Below, in pieces: positions 14,327 through 27,901 of a stretch of DNA of 64,000 bases (positions are counted from its first letter, which is position 1; each line of letters opens with the position of its first letter). Under the pieces are notes generated by a model that searched no databases, had not been told where the DNA came from, and worked only from the letters and a program-made list of their open reading frames with translations. Position numbers and translations under genes: made by a program. This stretch comes from Kudoa neothunni. Lineage: Eukaryota; Animalia; Cnidaria. The stretch is taken from NCBI GenBank assembly GCA_964304625.1, contig OZ199838.1, positions 5,716,178-5,780,177 on the forward strand, written 5' to 3'.

Positions 14327-15917
14327 GGCACTGGCTATTCTTACGAGATCGTATAATCCCTTCTCGAGCCGTCTATTCTTACGACAATGAATACCTTTTT
14401 GCCTACTTTAGATACTTCAAATCTGAATTTAAAAACGTGTGATTACATTTTTTTCCCATAAAATTTTTAGGTTTTACAAATTGTTATTTTTATCCAACTA
14501 ATTCATAAGTTTTGGGAATTATTCCTTCCCAAGATTTACTAAGAACAAAAATCAATTAATTTTCTATTTTTGGCAAGTTAGACATATTTAAATCGACGGT
14601 TTTTGCTAATTGTGACAATGTAACTTTATTTACACATGAACTCATTGGTCCATGTGTCAACGTTATGATCTGATACGAATTAACTGTATGAACTGTTATC
14701 ATTTATAAGATATTTACATCATAATTTAGCGAGTATTGATGATTTTTTTTTAAATTTTAAATAAAATAGACCTAGCCGAAAAAATTTATGCCACCAGCTG
14801 ATCATGAATGCTATGTAACATTAAAATATAAATCATAAAACATAATCAGGAGCCTATATTTGGTAATTTTTATAATCCATGAAGTTTTTATCAAAAATTT
14901 TTTAACTAGAAGTCCAATAATAGTTAATCTGCTGCCTTTGGTCTTCCGACAGACTTGACGTTGGATTAAATTAGCTTATCATTATAAAAATTATTATAAA
15001 TGTCCCAAAATTAATTACTTTTATATTTATTATGATTTTTTTATTGGATTACAATTACTTAGGAAAATACATTGTTATCATCTAATATTATGTTAGTTTA
15101 CGCCTTTTCTTCAGTATATTCATAAACTTAAATTATATTAATAGTACTAACATTTTTACATACGAATTACTAGTATGATAAAATTCACTCTCAGCTTCAG
15201 GAGATATGATTTTATTGGAAACGTTTATGGGGAAATTCGTGCTGTAACTATTACATTCGTCCAACTTGATCAGTTTATATTGTTCGTATATCTGCATTTA
15301 AAGTTACAGGAGGGAGATAGATTTGGTTAATTCATATTTATAAATGCCATAAAATTGTATCAGGTTATTTTCTACATGATAGATTGCATCAATACGCGCC
15401 TCATTTTTTCGTACGCCACAAGAGGTAGGATTAATATTAAGAAAAGTGGCAACAAATTAAAAATCTATACAGCCATTTATATTCTTAATTAAAAAGAATT
15501 AACTTTTTAAATAATATTATAAGTCTACATGCATTTAAAATAAGGCTTAGTCAAGCTCTCAATAATCTGATGAAGCCGTAACGTTGACACGTGCACCAAT
15601 GGGTTTGTATGCAACTAAAGTCACATTTTCATAATTAGCAAAAACTGTTGATTTAAGTATGTCTAAACTGCCGAAAATGGAAAATTAATTGATTTTTGGT
15701 CTCAATAAGTCTTGGGAAGGAATAATTCCCAAAACTTATGAATTAGTTGGATTAAAATAACAATTTGTAAAACCTAAAAATTTTTTAGGAAAAAAATGTA
15801 ATCACACGTTTTTGAATTCAGATTTGAAGTATCTAAAGTAGGAAAAAAAATATTCATTGTCGTAAGAATAGACGTCCCGAGAAGGGATTATACGACCTCG
15901 TAAAAATAGCCACTTCC
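14327..15917 (-). mobile_element. Internally deleted MULE derivative (foldback-like, ~340-bp TIRs)
   Basis: Near-perfect long inverted repeats 14327-~14665 and ~15575-15917. The interior (e.g. GAAGTCCAATAATAGTTAATCTGC...CCGACAGACTTGAC at ~14910) matches 30960 of the MULE at 30386-34023. Confidence 0.85.
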
Positions 15918-17021
15918 TTTTTTTATTAAAGCCAACATTATTAAAGAATTATTTACATAATTAAAATTGTATTAAACCAGATCTCTATCGAACAATGCTA
16001 CATCAAGTTAGCTCGTTTTTTGTTGATGTGATCACTCATTCCTTCCTGAATAGAAACTGATAATACAATAATATTTAATATTCATTTATATTAATTTTTT
16101 AAATAATGAGATATGTATTACAAATAAGAGTAATTTGAAATATTTATTTTTTTATTTTTTCTGTATAAAGAAATATAATTAATACTTCGAGTACTAACTT
16201 TTTACAATTGAAAGTAAAACAAGCCATCATTAGAAATAAATTATTTTTAATGCTATAAGTATTGAAAAATATTGATATTAAGTAATGTCATATTATAATC
16301 GGAAAAATTTTTTATAATGTTACTTTTACATTTATTTAATTGACAATAACACATGCTACAATGTTTGTTCATATTTCATATGAATAGAGAGTAATTACAA
16401 CTAAAAAAATAGTGTGCATTCGTTGCATTGATTATGGCGGAAAAAACGTAACAAATACTAATAATTTGTTAACTTTTTTGATGATACCCTTTTCCCCAGC
16501 AATATAAGTTTCTAAGAGTCAATACTAATAATATCAAACTTGTATTTAAAACATTAATTAAAATGAAAGAAATTGGTAAAAATGATTAAAAAGCAAGAGT
16601 GATAACTCGATACAGGACACGCTTTACGTTAAAATATTAATTTAAAGGGCAATATTAAAACTTGGGATGTCCCAATAAAATCAATGCTAAATAATATTTT
16701 TAGGTCAATAAATTAAAAATAATTATTTTAAGAATAAAAATTTACTATTATTATAAGATTTTCATCATGTATAATATTTTATTATGATATTATTTAAAAA
16801 AATTAAAATTATCAACGTTTAATTCTGTTAAATATTTTCAATATTTATTTGAGTCACTGTATATTTTCTTGGCAAGGTATAGGTCACCAATAAATCAGGT
16901 TTGGTAACACTGACCTAAAGCGAGGAAAAATGTCCATCTAAAAGTGTACTTTTTTTAATTTGGCAATAAGATAGTTTAACTCCATAGAAGACAAATGAAC
17001 TCAAACCACAATAGAATCGAA

Positions 17022-18079
17022 GGCTATCCTACACCATCTGTGTTTTCTTCGGCAAGAAACCCAAACTTTGTAAACATTCGCAAACAATTTTAAAATCACA
17101 TATAAAAGTTCATTATATAATGGCATAACACACTAATTTCTTGTTTGGGGTACCTTCTCCTAAACAAAAAGTCGGCCACATATTCTGGTAATGATTTTAG
17201 GGTTTTATTGGTGATGTTTCTGTATTTGCGCTTGAATGCGCCCCAGGTTGCTTCTATTCTATTAATGTGAATTCCAGTAGGTGAAACAAAGTGCCTTTTA
17301 TGAATAACGGTCCCATGTGTAAAACCCAAATCTGCCAAACTATTGTATCCACGACATCCATCTGTCCAAATAGTGCTTCCTTCCTCTACGTTTTCCATAA
17401 TTATTTCTTCTAAAGTTTGTTTGTTTCTAACATTAGAAATTTTAAGGAAACAATTTCCATCCTTATCGATGCCTCCTATCATCCAGTATTGCTGGTTCTT
17501 TAATATTCGGCCGATGTTATATTTATTTTTACAAATGGCAGTTTCGTCGATTTGTACTATCTTACCGAGTCCACCAATTTTTGAAAAATCTTCGTCAAGT
17601 TTTGATGCCATAAAATAACGGATAATGGTTTTCCATTCACTAATGGATGTAAAAGAACCAAAATCGAGTTCACACAACAGTTCATCGTAAGTTAAAGAAG
17701 GGTACTTGATAAAATAGACCATTAAAATGAATGTTTTGTACAAAGGAAGGTTAGCCATTTCGAAAATGCTATCTTTCCTTAAAGCATATCGTTTGCTACA
17801 ACTCTAGCATTTGAAATGAACGCAATCACCGGTATCCTTCTGTTTGTATAAGTACATTCTTTCGCCACATGTACATTTCTTATACTCATGTAAAAGCCCA
17901 ATTGCTTGTAAAACTTTAATATTATCATGATTATCTTCTCTAAAATAAGCATGATCGAACATTATTATGTCGTTAATGTTTTCCAGAGTGAACGTTTTTC
18001 TAAACTTAGACATTGAGCGTTTTGCGATCTGAAATTACACGAAACTTAACGAAGAAAACACAGATAGTGTAGGTTAGCC
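17022..18079 (-). mobile_element. Merlin (IS1016/IS1595-like, ISXO2 DDE) transposon, nearly intact
   Basis: TIRs GGCTATCCTACACCATCTGTGTTTTCTTCG / CGAAGAAAACACAGATAGTGTAGGTTAGCC. Degenerate 8-bp TSD GAATCGAA/GAATCTCA. Transposase 18013-17096 has VQIDET, IWTDG, HINRIEATW and an N-terminal CxC..CxxC; one in-frame TAG at 17804. Confidence 0.92.
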
Positions 18080-18390
18080 GAATCTCAATCGAATATAAAT
18101 AGATTATTTATAATGAAGTAGGTCAACTTGCACAACATTTGATTATAAACGCAAAAACTTAAATTCCAACAAATTCAACACTTCATAATTCTATTTTTAA
18201 TTTAATATTGAAAGAGAAAAATAATACGGAGACAACTAAAAACATCAAGGTCTTAAAAATTTTTAATAATATAAAAATTTATGATAAAAAATATTCTGAG
18301 AACTTCTTATCAAACCAAAATTTTCGATTTTTAACGTTAAGCGCGCGCACAAGGCACTCTGTTTTCGAAAGTTCTTCCAAACCACTGATA

Positions 18391-18971
18391 ATGCCCAAAT
18401 ATCTAAAATTTTATCCACTTGTCAACACCGAAACTTTACATCATTTGAGAAGACAACTTCATCCAATTAAACATAGACGTATGTTTCTTGGACCGGATTT
18501 AGATCCGCTCGTATACATACGACAGATGGTGAATACTCTGATTGAAGATGATGTTTTAATCAGAAGTCAAACTGTTTGTGTGAATGTAGCAATGTATACT
18601 AATTTTGTAAGCGGATACTATGGTAACGAAAAGATAACGATAAGTTGTATTTAGATGATCGAAAAGGCGAAAATGGGTGATGAGAATTTTGTTTATCGAT
18701 TTCTTATTGTATTTCAAATTATTTAATAAAATATTTAAAACTTTTTAAATAGAACAAAAGTCTCATGAAGAAAATGTATGATGTGATTTTGCCAAATTGC
18801 CTTGATAAAGATGACGGACACGCTCGAGTTTTTAGATTAAGCCAAACCGGTATGGCGGTTCGAAGTGCATTTGTCACAATCGATCTCAAAAGGGATATAG
18901 ATGAATTTATAAAATCGCTACGAAGCGATACCAAACCACCTTACATTTTGTTTTCGAAAAAATACGTTTAA
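18391..18971 (+). CDS. MRPL17: Mitochondrial ribosomal protein L17 (bL17m), divergent; exons 18391-18606, 18655-18708, 18753-18971
   Basis: Two GT-AG introns splice in frame to give HRRMFLGPD..YIRQMVNTLI..MIEKAKMGDEN..NKSLMKKMYDVILP..DGHARVFRL. This parallels the recalled MRPL17 pattern LGPESR..LLRNLL..LIDYGKLGDTN..EKDLIPKLFQVLAP..GGYTRML. Confidence 0.65.
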
Positions 18972-21419
18972 AATTTTTATAATTTGATTCTAGATTAATT
19001 TTTCCATAATTTTTCAGTTTTTTTCGCTTTCGTCAATGTTGTAATTACGAAAATATTTTTTTTATTGAACTAATGTTTTTTAATCGAAGAATTATATTAG
19101 TTTTTAATAAAAAATTACCAAGAGAAGTTTATGACGTATTTTTTTTCTCTTATTTTTGTTTCTATCGTGTGTTCGGCTGGTCGCACACGTGAGGCAGACA
19201 CAAAGCAAGGTGTTTGACCACCGGAATGTGACCCCGAAGGTTGTGGGTTCATGCCCCAACTCATGTATGACACCGTTTGTGTGCTGAGTATCTCTATTCC
19301 GTAATGGTAGCTGTGGTTAGAGTTTGAACTCACTATTATGTGTGATTCACTTGCATTTATGGTATAATACAGTGGGGAGGTTCAAATTGGACATTTGAAT
19401 ATCCGGAACTAGTTGGATAAAGGAAATATTAAAGCTCAACAGAGACAACATCATTGAAGTTTAATGAGACATAGTTTGATACTTAATGGCGATAAAATTA
19501 AGATGTTTGATGGGAGAGACATCCACTCTATTTATTACAGAAAGAAAAGGCGCAAAGTGACGTCTTACTCATTACGATACTTAGGGCGTTCGTGATGTCG
19601 AGCTTACTCGATAGAATTGCACAGTCTAACATGCTGCATCATGGATTTTATTGTGTAAACAAATAAAATGAGTTTTGTGTAATTTAACTTTATTAATAAT
19701 AAAATTAAATTAAAACAGACTTGGTAGGTAGATATAACCATATTATTCAATTTATTGATTTTGAATGAGGAGCAAATAATATAAAGAGAGATTGCACTCG
19801 TAATACCTGTTAACATATTAAAACAAATGTAACAACAAACCCTAGATTTTTTTCCAACAAATAATCTGCTTAACAAAAGAAGGAACATCGATTTGAGTCA
19901 AGACATACTAAAGACATTTACGGTTAAGATTTAACACCTTTCTCTTTAATAAATAAGTGAGATATATAATGAATATTTAACAGAACTTTGTTCAAAAAAT
20001 GGCACAATAAGTGGAAAATTTAATTTTCTTCGAGAGCATCATGTGTTAGAGCTGCCGACTCAAGGATTGATATCAATCCTTAATCTTCCATTAACTGTAA
20101 AAGTTTTCTTTGATCTATGCATATCCTTGATCATAATAAAATAATAGAACGAATATATCTAATTTAGTGCATGTAATAACCTCAGTTTGCTGTTTATAAA
20201 AAATGATCTACAAAATTGATTGGAAATTTAATGATTAAAAAAGACTATAGAATTCCAACAGATATATGGTTATTTTCTTGACGAGGGCAAAAATTTAAAA
20301 ACAGACATGCGCTTTCAATAATTTAAAATTTTTAAAATAAAAGTATGCTACCGACAGGGTTATCTTTTATTAATGATGGCCACAACAACTCAATATCACC
20401 TAACCCTCGATTATTTTTAGATCTCATTGTCAATTTTTCCATTATTATATTAAAATATTAATTGTAAATCTTGTTATCTGTGGTATTAACTTTAAATTAT
20501 TCCAGTATATAAACCATATCAGTACGAAAGATAAATAGATTAATTTAGATGATTATATATTGATAAAACCACTTAATGATAATACGTAATTGACAATATA
20601 CGCTATGAATATGAAATTATATTTTCAAACTATCATTTTATTTGTTTAATACGAATTATCCGATAAAAGGACTCATTAACTGGATTTATTTTTGTATTAA
20701 CTGGAAAATCAGATTGCCATTTCAATTATCGCAGTCGGTGGTATTAATAATTTGGTTCGTGGGTATTAGACTAAAACTGTGATACTATCGGAATTTCATT
20801 ACCGATATTCAAGATATCCATTTTAATAAATAATCATTGTGATTGGATTTTGTTAAAGTTTATACATTAGGAGCTAATTAATTGGTTATTCATCTAGCTA
20901 GATAGTGTATTATAAGCAAGGTCCAATTTAATCTCATAGATGTTTTATCACCAGTTTATCATGTAAAAATGACAATAATTAACAAGTAACTTATACGAGA
21001 AAATTCAGTTGAAGCGAACTAACTAAATGATGCATATTTATTTCCAATCGACAACTAAATAAAGCATTTAGTAAAAACTACTTACATTATTAAAATTGAA
21101 GTTTTTCACTTCCTAATATAATCTAATAATTATTGCAGCTAGATTAAAGCGATATTATTTATCAAAATACAATTATTTGTATTATCTTGTATTGATGTAT
21201 TAATAATTCATTAGTTATTTTAGTCGAATTATTAATTTTCAATTTATTTTCGATGATAGAAAAAAATATAATCATGATAAGATTATTGTGCGCGAAAACT
21301 TTAACTTACCGAAAACTTATTGATAAATACCAAGACCGAGTGTTGTTAATAATCAAGGGTTTACAAAAGTTGAAGCTTATTTTTTGTAATTCCATTGGCA
21401 AACAACCAATAGTGTCAGT

Positions 21420-24400
21420 ATGAATCTATACCCAGTTAGTTTGTTTCCAATATTGTTCTTGTTACATTTAGGTATTTTTAATTTAAAGATTTAAATTAAT
21501 TAGTTTTGACAATAAAATATTTAGCAACAGACCGCAAAGGTAACAAAACGACCTTAAATCGTGACAAAAGGGATAACACTATTTCATGGGTAAATATTGT
21601 AATTACTAGTTTCTAATATGTGTCAGTAGCATACTTTTTACAGTGAAGATGTTGAGTCTGATTACTATACTTCTAGATGTGATTACGTCACACGATTTCA
21701 TCGCACCTATACACCCAAGGATCGGGTTCATTTTGGAAACCTTTTCTCTTGATATATTCCTTTTAGGCATTGAAAACATCTTACCACGAGGAAATTCTTA
21801 TACCTTCTTCACACGAAAGTAGTTACATAGTTTTTTTAAAACTTCCATCTACTTTATAGGATGTTTCCATAAAATAACGTATCCAGATCTCAGCCTTAAT
21901 CATATTCCAAATGTAGAGACCTATATTTTAATTGACAACCACATTATGAACTCCACGGGATGGGGTAGAATATACAAGATATTGGATATAACAAGTACTT
22001 CGGTAACACCTAAGATTCACTTGAGATTCTTATAGTGAAAACATCGTTGAGGAATGGCAGAAGGGTTGGAATGGGAGTTATTTATGGTGATGATTCGACA
22101 CCATTCAACAGGTATACATCCTACTCTATACATAATTAAGCGACCAGTCAATTAAACTTTAACTGTTGTTTTTAAATCAACACATTATTTTTATTTCTTC
22201 ATTTTTTTATAATATTTTGATTTAGCAAACTGTTTCTTGATAATATTGTACCAATCACAAATTCTTTGAAAAAAATTGTATGCCAATTAACCATCTGATA
22301 TAATTAAATGGTATGTAAAGGTTTACCCAAAACCACCCACTATACCAGGAAATCTAATAAAATGCCATTCACTCTTTGATCTTATTTCACAAGTTGTGCT
22401 ATGTAGAGATATTGTAAATGCTTTCGTTTTTTTCATGGACCCTAATAAACATGAAGATAAGTTGGTCCAAAAAACCAAGGGTGAACAAAATTGTTTTCCT
22501 ATTATCGAATCGTTATTATAAAAGCTCCAAAGTCAATTTGGTATACAGTAAAATGTTAAGTATGTAATAATTCATATTAGTTTCCAAATTTGTTTAGACA
22601 ACAACAAAAATTTTGCCGAAATGGAAGTTGGATTAAAAATCCATATCAGGTAATTTGAATAAGTGTATTAAAAGGATCCCAACAAATTTTGAATCAATAT
22701 ACATTTTCACAACAACTAAATAAGCTCGTTTTATTATTACTAGGAGTTGGTTGAAAAAGACAGCTTGGACAAATTACTCTATGATAACTCTGTTTTTCTT
22801 GCCGTGGCCTCTTTTAACGTTGATGTCTTTAATTACTTTAAGGTATTGCGTTTGTCTGCTTATCTTAAATCATGACTCGATCAAGACCATTTTCGAAAGT
22901 AACAATTATCACTATGGGTTTTGCAAGCATGTAAACGATGTATATAATTTGCATGCCTTTTTTAAAACAATCCTGCAAGTAATAAACATAAAAATTTTCA
23001 ACTTTGTAATGCTGAATTTAGGAAACTTTTCGTTCATACTATGTTAAAACTTCTTTTAATGATGAGTTGTTTCAGATTGCACCCATTCCAAATGAATTTT
23101 GCATGTAGATAATTAGGCTAGGTGACAATTGTTGTTGATCTTCATTATTCTCTGCTTAGTATGAAGAAAGCTTATTTGATATGCGACAAAAATTCTTCAA
23201 CTCGTCATTTTTATATAACCATAAGAAGAAAAAAGTCCCCTGCATCCATAGCTACTCTTCGAAGGCGGTAAAAAGTTTCCCGCTTTACGTGTCTCATTTT
23301 TTTAGATATAAAATTGTGGTAATGGGCTACCGCGTTCAAAAGCTGATACTCAAACCTGACGAATTATCGTATCCATTCAATGCTGGGTCAATAATTTATG
23401 TATCTTTAAGAAACTTTCTATGAAACCTAATTGCATTACTGAATATTTAGAAATCTCCCAGGGATTGTTGGCATTATCTCAAAGCCAGTATTGATGAGAA
23501 ATGCGAGTCAAATAACGAGTATTCATTTAAATGAGCACTTAATCAAATAAGAATTTACCTTATCTTCGTTCTAGTCATGAAAGTATAACTCAGATTAGAA
23601 GAACAAAAAAAAATCAGAGAATGGATATAAATGAACCTACTCTACATCAGAATAATTCGACCAATCAAGGATTTTGTCGCGGAATCAATTTGATCAGATG
23701 TGAACGATGCCCGAAACCTATTGAAGAATACCTTAAGATATGCAAAAGAAAAATAATTCCAATTCTAAAGAATAAGCTCAGTTCAACAAATAGTTGGAGT
23801 CATGTAATAAACTTTACATAACTTTTATGAAGTTGAGAAATTAGAAATGTAGTTGCAGAAAACCAAAACCTTATCATAAATTTTGTCATTGTAACATTGG
23901 TTTTAATGTGATTTTGAATAACTTTTATATTCAAATGCAATTCATCTACCAAATTAGATAGCCAATACACAGTGTGACATGTTTGAAAGTTGTGTTGCCG
24001 ACCACCTGAACACAAAACAACACCCCAATCACATTAAAACCAAGCATACTTGGGACTTTTGTACATCACTAACATATGAGTTTGTTCCAAATTTTCCTAA
24101 ATTCAATGCAACTGTGTGCCATGTGGGTCATAAAACATGCTTATATAAATACATGGTCTCCATGAAAGAAAACAATATTCGTGTTTTTATTTGGTTCAAC
24201 TCTAGGCGAGGTAGTTGTCACACGCAATCAATAAAGTGATTTATCAAATTAAAAATATAGATTGTCGTTTATCTGGACTAAAGTACGATATCAGGGCTTT
24301 GATAATTGTCAACGTAATAATTTCTACTATCCTGTTTCTACTGGTTTTGGTTGTGATTGTGCTTGTAAAAATAAAAACTGATACCTCTAAAAAATTTGTA

Positions 24401-24578
24401 TTTCCGAAAAACCGCCAACTTCAAAGAAAGTATGTCTGATAATGGATACTCCATTTCATTAAATAATTTTGCTACTAGGCTGTCCCGTCTAGTCGAAGCG
24501 GATCACAACAAAAAGTACTTGGATTATGTGAATGGAATGGATCGTTATCTAAATAGCAAACCAACTAATGGTGTGTAA
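21420..24578 (+). CDS. Highly divergent integrin beta-like type I membrane protein; multi-exon, boundaries approximate
   Basis: Signal peptide MNLYPVSLFPILFLLHL. Beta-I-domain-like blocks occur in the expected order: VETYILIDNHIMNS, RRVGMGVI..DSTPF, DNIVPITN, TIPGNLIKCHSLFDLISQVVLCRDI. These are followed by a Cys-rich stalk (23.5-24.3 kb), TM helix ALIIVNVIISTILFLLVLVVIVLV and a spliced tail ending at TAA 24578. Confidence 0.65.
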
Positions 24579-26563
24579 AGTCCGACAAATTCACAAAACA
24601 TAAATAAAAATAGCTTTCTAAATAAATATAATATAAATTGGTATTTAACCTGTAATTATTTACTATTTCTGTACAGAAGGATAACTTCTTGCATAACCCT
24701 TAATGATAATTGATCTCCAAGTGCCTCAAAATTAATTAGAAACTAATTTTAAATTACGGAGGAAAAAATTACAAAAAATCCATTAGGATAATCTCACCGT
24801 AAACCATTGAGGTAGCATTCATCGATGATTCTCAATAATTAATGAATCAAGACAGGAATTAGTTTATTTGAACTATTGTTAAAATATATTTTCTTAGAAT
24901 TATTGTTTGAATTAAAATTCTAGTCAATGAATAGATAAAATTTCTAAAATTAGCTGATAACACGAGTGTACTAATATCAACGATTAGGAATATTTTATAT
25001 TCGGCGTATGATTTGTACAAAGTTTCTACCTAATTACCCTCAAACTATAAAACTTGAATTTATAGTTGAGGTCTTAGAAACTGACTCGAAGTGCTAGACC
25101 CTGATAGTTTTTAATCGTAGCATAAATAATTATAAAATTGTTTATGGAATTTGATGTGGAATAACAAATTTTATTAATGTCAAAGTTCATATTATGCAGT
25201 TGAATATTTGCACATTTCTGTGCTTTTAATAGATGGCTAATGCATAAAATATAGAAATAGAGTGTCGAGTCATCAATTGATTAATTTATTTATGTGAACT
25301 TTTTATCTTTCCCATCATAACTATTACAGTAAATAAAAAGACATGCGGTTGAATTTCTGCTCAGAATAGTTTAATAACTAACGATATCAAAAGTTTTTAA
25401 AGTCACCTTAATCCCATTATTTGTGACACGGAAGATTTCCATCAGTTATAATACATTAAAATTTTGAACAATAGAACATGGATTATCTCGAGATCGCGTC
25501 ATCTGGTAGAGATTCTAATTTATATTTGGATTTTACTAAAATTACGTGTCGATAAATGTTCGTCTACCAGAATATCGCTATCTGGGGAAACTCTTTTTTA
25601 GTTTTTCGGATAATCTTGATCCACTCAATCCTACCAAAATAATAAATAATTTTAAAAGTCACTTTTGGATTGATTGGGTCAGATATATTTTTTTATGATA
25701 ATCCAGCCGCGTCTAAATATAATTGCCTGTCTGTGCAGTAAAAAAATTATTTTTATATTATAAGAATTTTAAACATAAAACTTTTAATTACACTTTTAAT
25801 ATAGATTTGAAGTCATAAAATATTTTAATCATTATTATACCATACAAATTATGAGTGGGGATTTATAAAAGTTTAAAGTTTAATGCATGCCTAAAAAAGG
25901 TTATTTGTTTTGTTAAAAGTATAAAGAATTAATAATCAAAATTATTTTATATACATCAATCTGAAGTTTATTACACAATCATCATTGAAGGATAAACCCA
26001 CTTGAAGTACTCTTAATTCGCATAAAGACTAGTCGTAGATAAAAAATAATTTGAGAAAATAATAATTAGTTAATCTATTAATATATTTTCCAAACCATGT
26101 TAAAAATAATTATCTATGTTTAAAACTCGAAACCCTATTAATTTTATATTGAGGTTTTTTGAGTTGAATTGATCATAAATGATTTGTATCAAGATAATTT
26201 GAAACCTTGAAGCTAAAATATTCTACACGATAATATTAGGAATCAATATTTTAAAATTGCAAAATAGCAATTGTCCTTTCAGTATCGACACCTAATATTG
26301 CCTCTTCAAACATTAACTATACAAGATTGAAACAAAAAGCTTAATAACTGAAATCTTTTATTTATAAAAATACTTTTTAATTTCCAATGAAAATATGCAT
26401 CTACATATAGTATGAAAAATTTCTGAGAAATAGAAGATAAGAAAATTGAGTTAGAATTTATTTAAATTCAAAATTATTCAAACTTTAGCGTAAGATTTTA
26501 AATAAAAAAATGAGCAATATAACTTTTAATACATATAAAATATAAATATATTTTGTTAGAAAA

Positions 26564-27647
26564 TTATTCATGATAACCAGATTCAGGTAGGAAATTAAGA
26601 ATAGAACAAATTTGGTTTAATGTAGGACGTTGATGAGGTTCAAATTCAAAACACCAGCGATAAAGATTGCAATACATTTTTTCATCGTTTGTAAGTTCGA
26701 AATTCCTTCCAAAATATTCTGTACTTAATTTCAATTCTTTGTCCAGAATATTGGAAAGATGGGATTCAGGATTGAGTTTTTTGGTGATTATGTTAAAAAT
26801 GAGAGAGTGTCTATTTTCAAATGATTCGTACGGATAGCACTTTGAGTTCATCTCCCACATTACCACACCCAGTGAGTAAATATCACAGCTTGGAGTGACA
26901 TCACAATTTGAAATGAATAATTCCGGTGCAGCATATGGAATGGTGGCGGCCTTTAACGTTTTGGTTTTCTTTGTAAAAATTATCCCAAAAATTTCTCTCA
27001 AAATTTACATTACATGTAATATTTGGTTGTCAATAAGTAAGGCATGGCCAAAGTCAGTTATCTTAACAAATGTAGTGTTTTGATCAATGAGAATATTTCC
27101 AGGTTTCAAATCCATGTGTATGATTTGGTTGGTGTGTAAAAATTCTAGCCCGCGACATATTTGGCGGGAAATATCGTACATATTAAATGTCTTACTTTCG
27201 CTTTCGTTTAAATCATTCATATGAATAAACTGATCTAGATTAGATCCATCAACAAATTCTTTGATTATATAAACATTATGATGAGGTATAAGTGGCCCAA
27301 TCCATAAAGTGGTGGTCTAAAAATCCAAGATAAATTCACACCGATTATCTCCACTCAACCCACAATATTAGGATGTTTCAATGATTTTTTCAAAAGGATA
27401 GTTTCTGATTGAATCATACTCGAGGTTTGTTGATCATCGGGATTATACACATATTTTAATTGTTTCACGAGAACCACGCCATTGGTTGACTTAATATCGC
27501 TATGATTACGAATTATCGCTAAATATTATAAAAAATATCCTTTGCAATAGATATAAAAAGATGGGAACCTTTGTAGCATCGACTGAAAGAACCAATACCA
27601 ATCAATTCGACAGATGAAAATAATTCACGGTAAAATTCATTATCCAT
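26564..27647 (-). CDS. Ser/Thr kinase, Mos-like; intron-containing
   Basis: IGIGSFSRCYK, VLVK, LKHPNIV, HMDLKPGNILI, KITDFG, YAAPELF, VTPSCDIYSLGVVMWEM and RPT. Small stand-alone kinase domain. HxDLKPxNILI and VTPxxDIYS resemble Mos. The kinase call is firm; Mos orthology is tentative. Confidence 0.7.
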
Positions 27648-27901
27648 GGTTTAAAAAAGATGCAACTTAAATACGCCAAAAGCCATAACATGAAAACCTT
27701 CAGACAACCAACTATAATTATGGATGGTTCGAATAGTGGCTATTTAATTGGAAACGTAATAAGCGCAGTAACCAAATCATTTGGGACTATTGTTGCTCAC
27801 CAAAGTTACAAATTTGCGCCATTACAATCAACACAAAGAACAACCACAACATATACTTATAAACCAACTTCTAAATTAATCTATCTATTTTATGTGTTTG
27901 T

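Noticed and set aside
19190-19265. tRNA-like T-arm on the + strand
   Set aside because: I could not fold convincing D, anticodon and acceptor stems, so it is not called as a tRNA.
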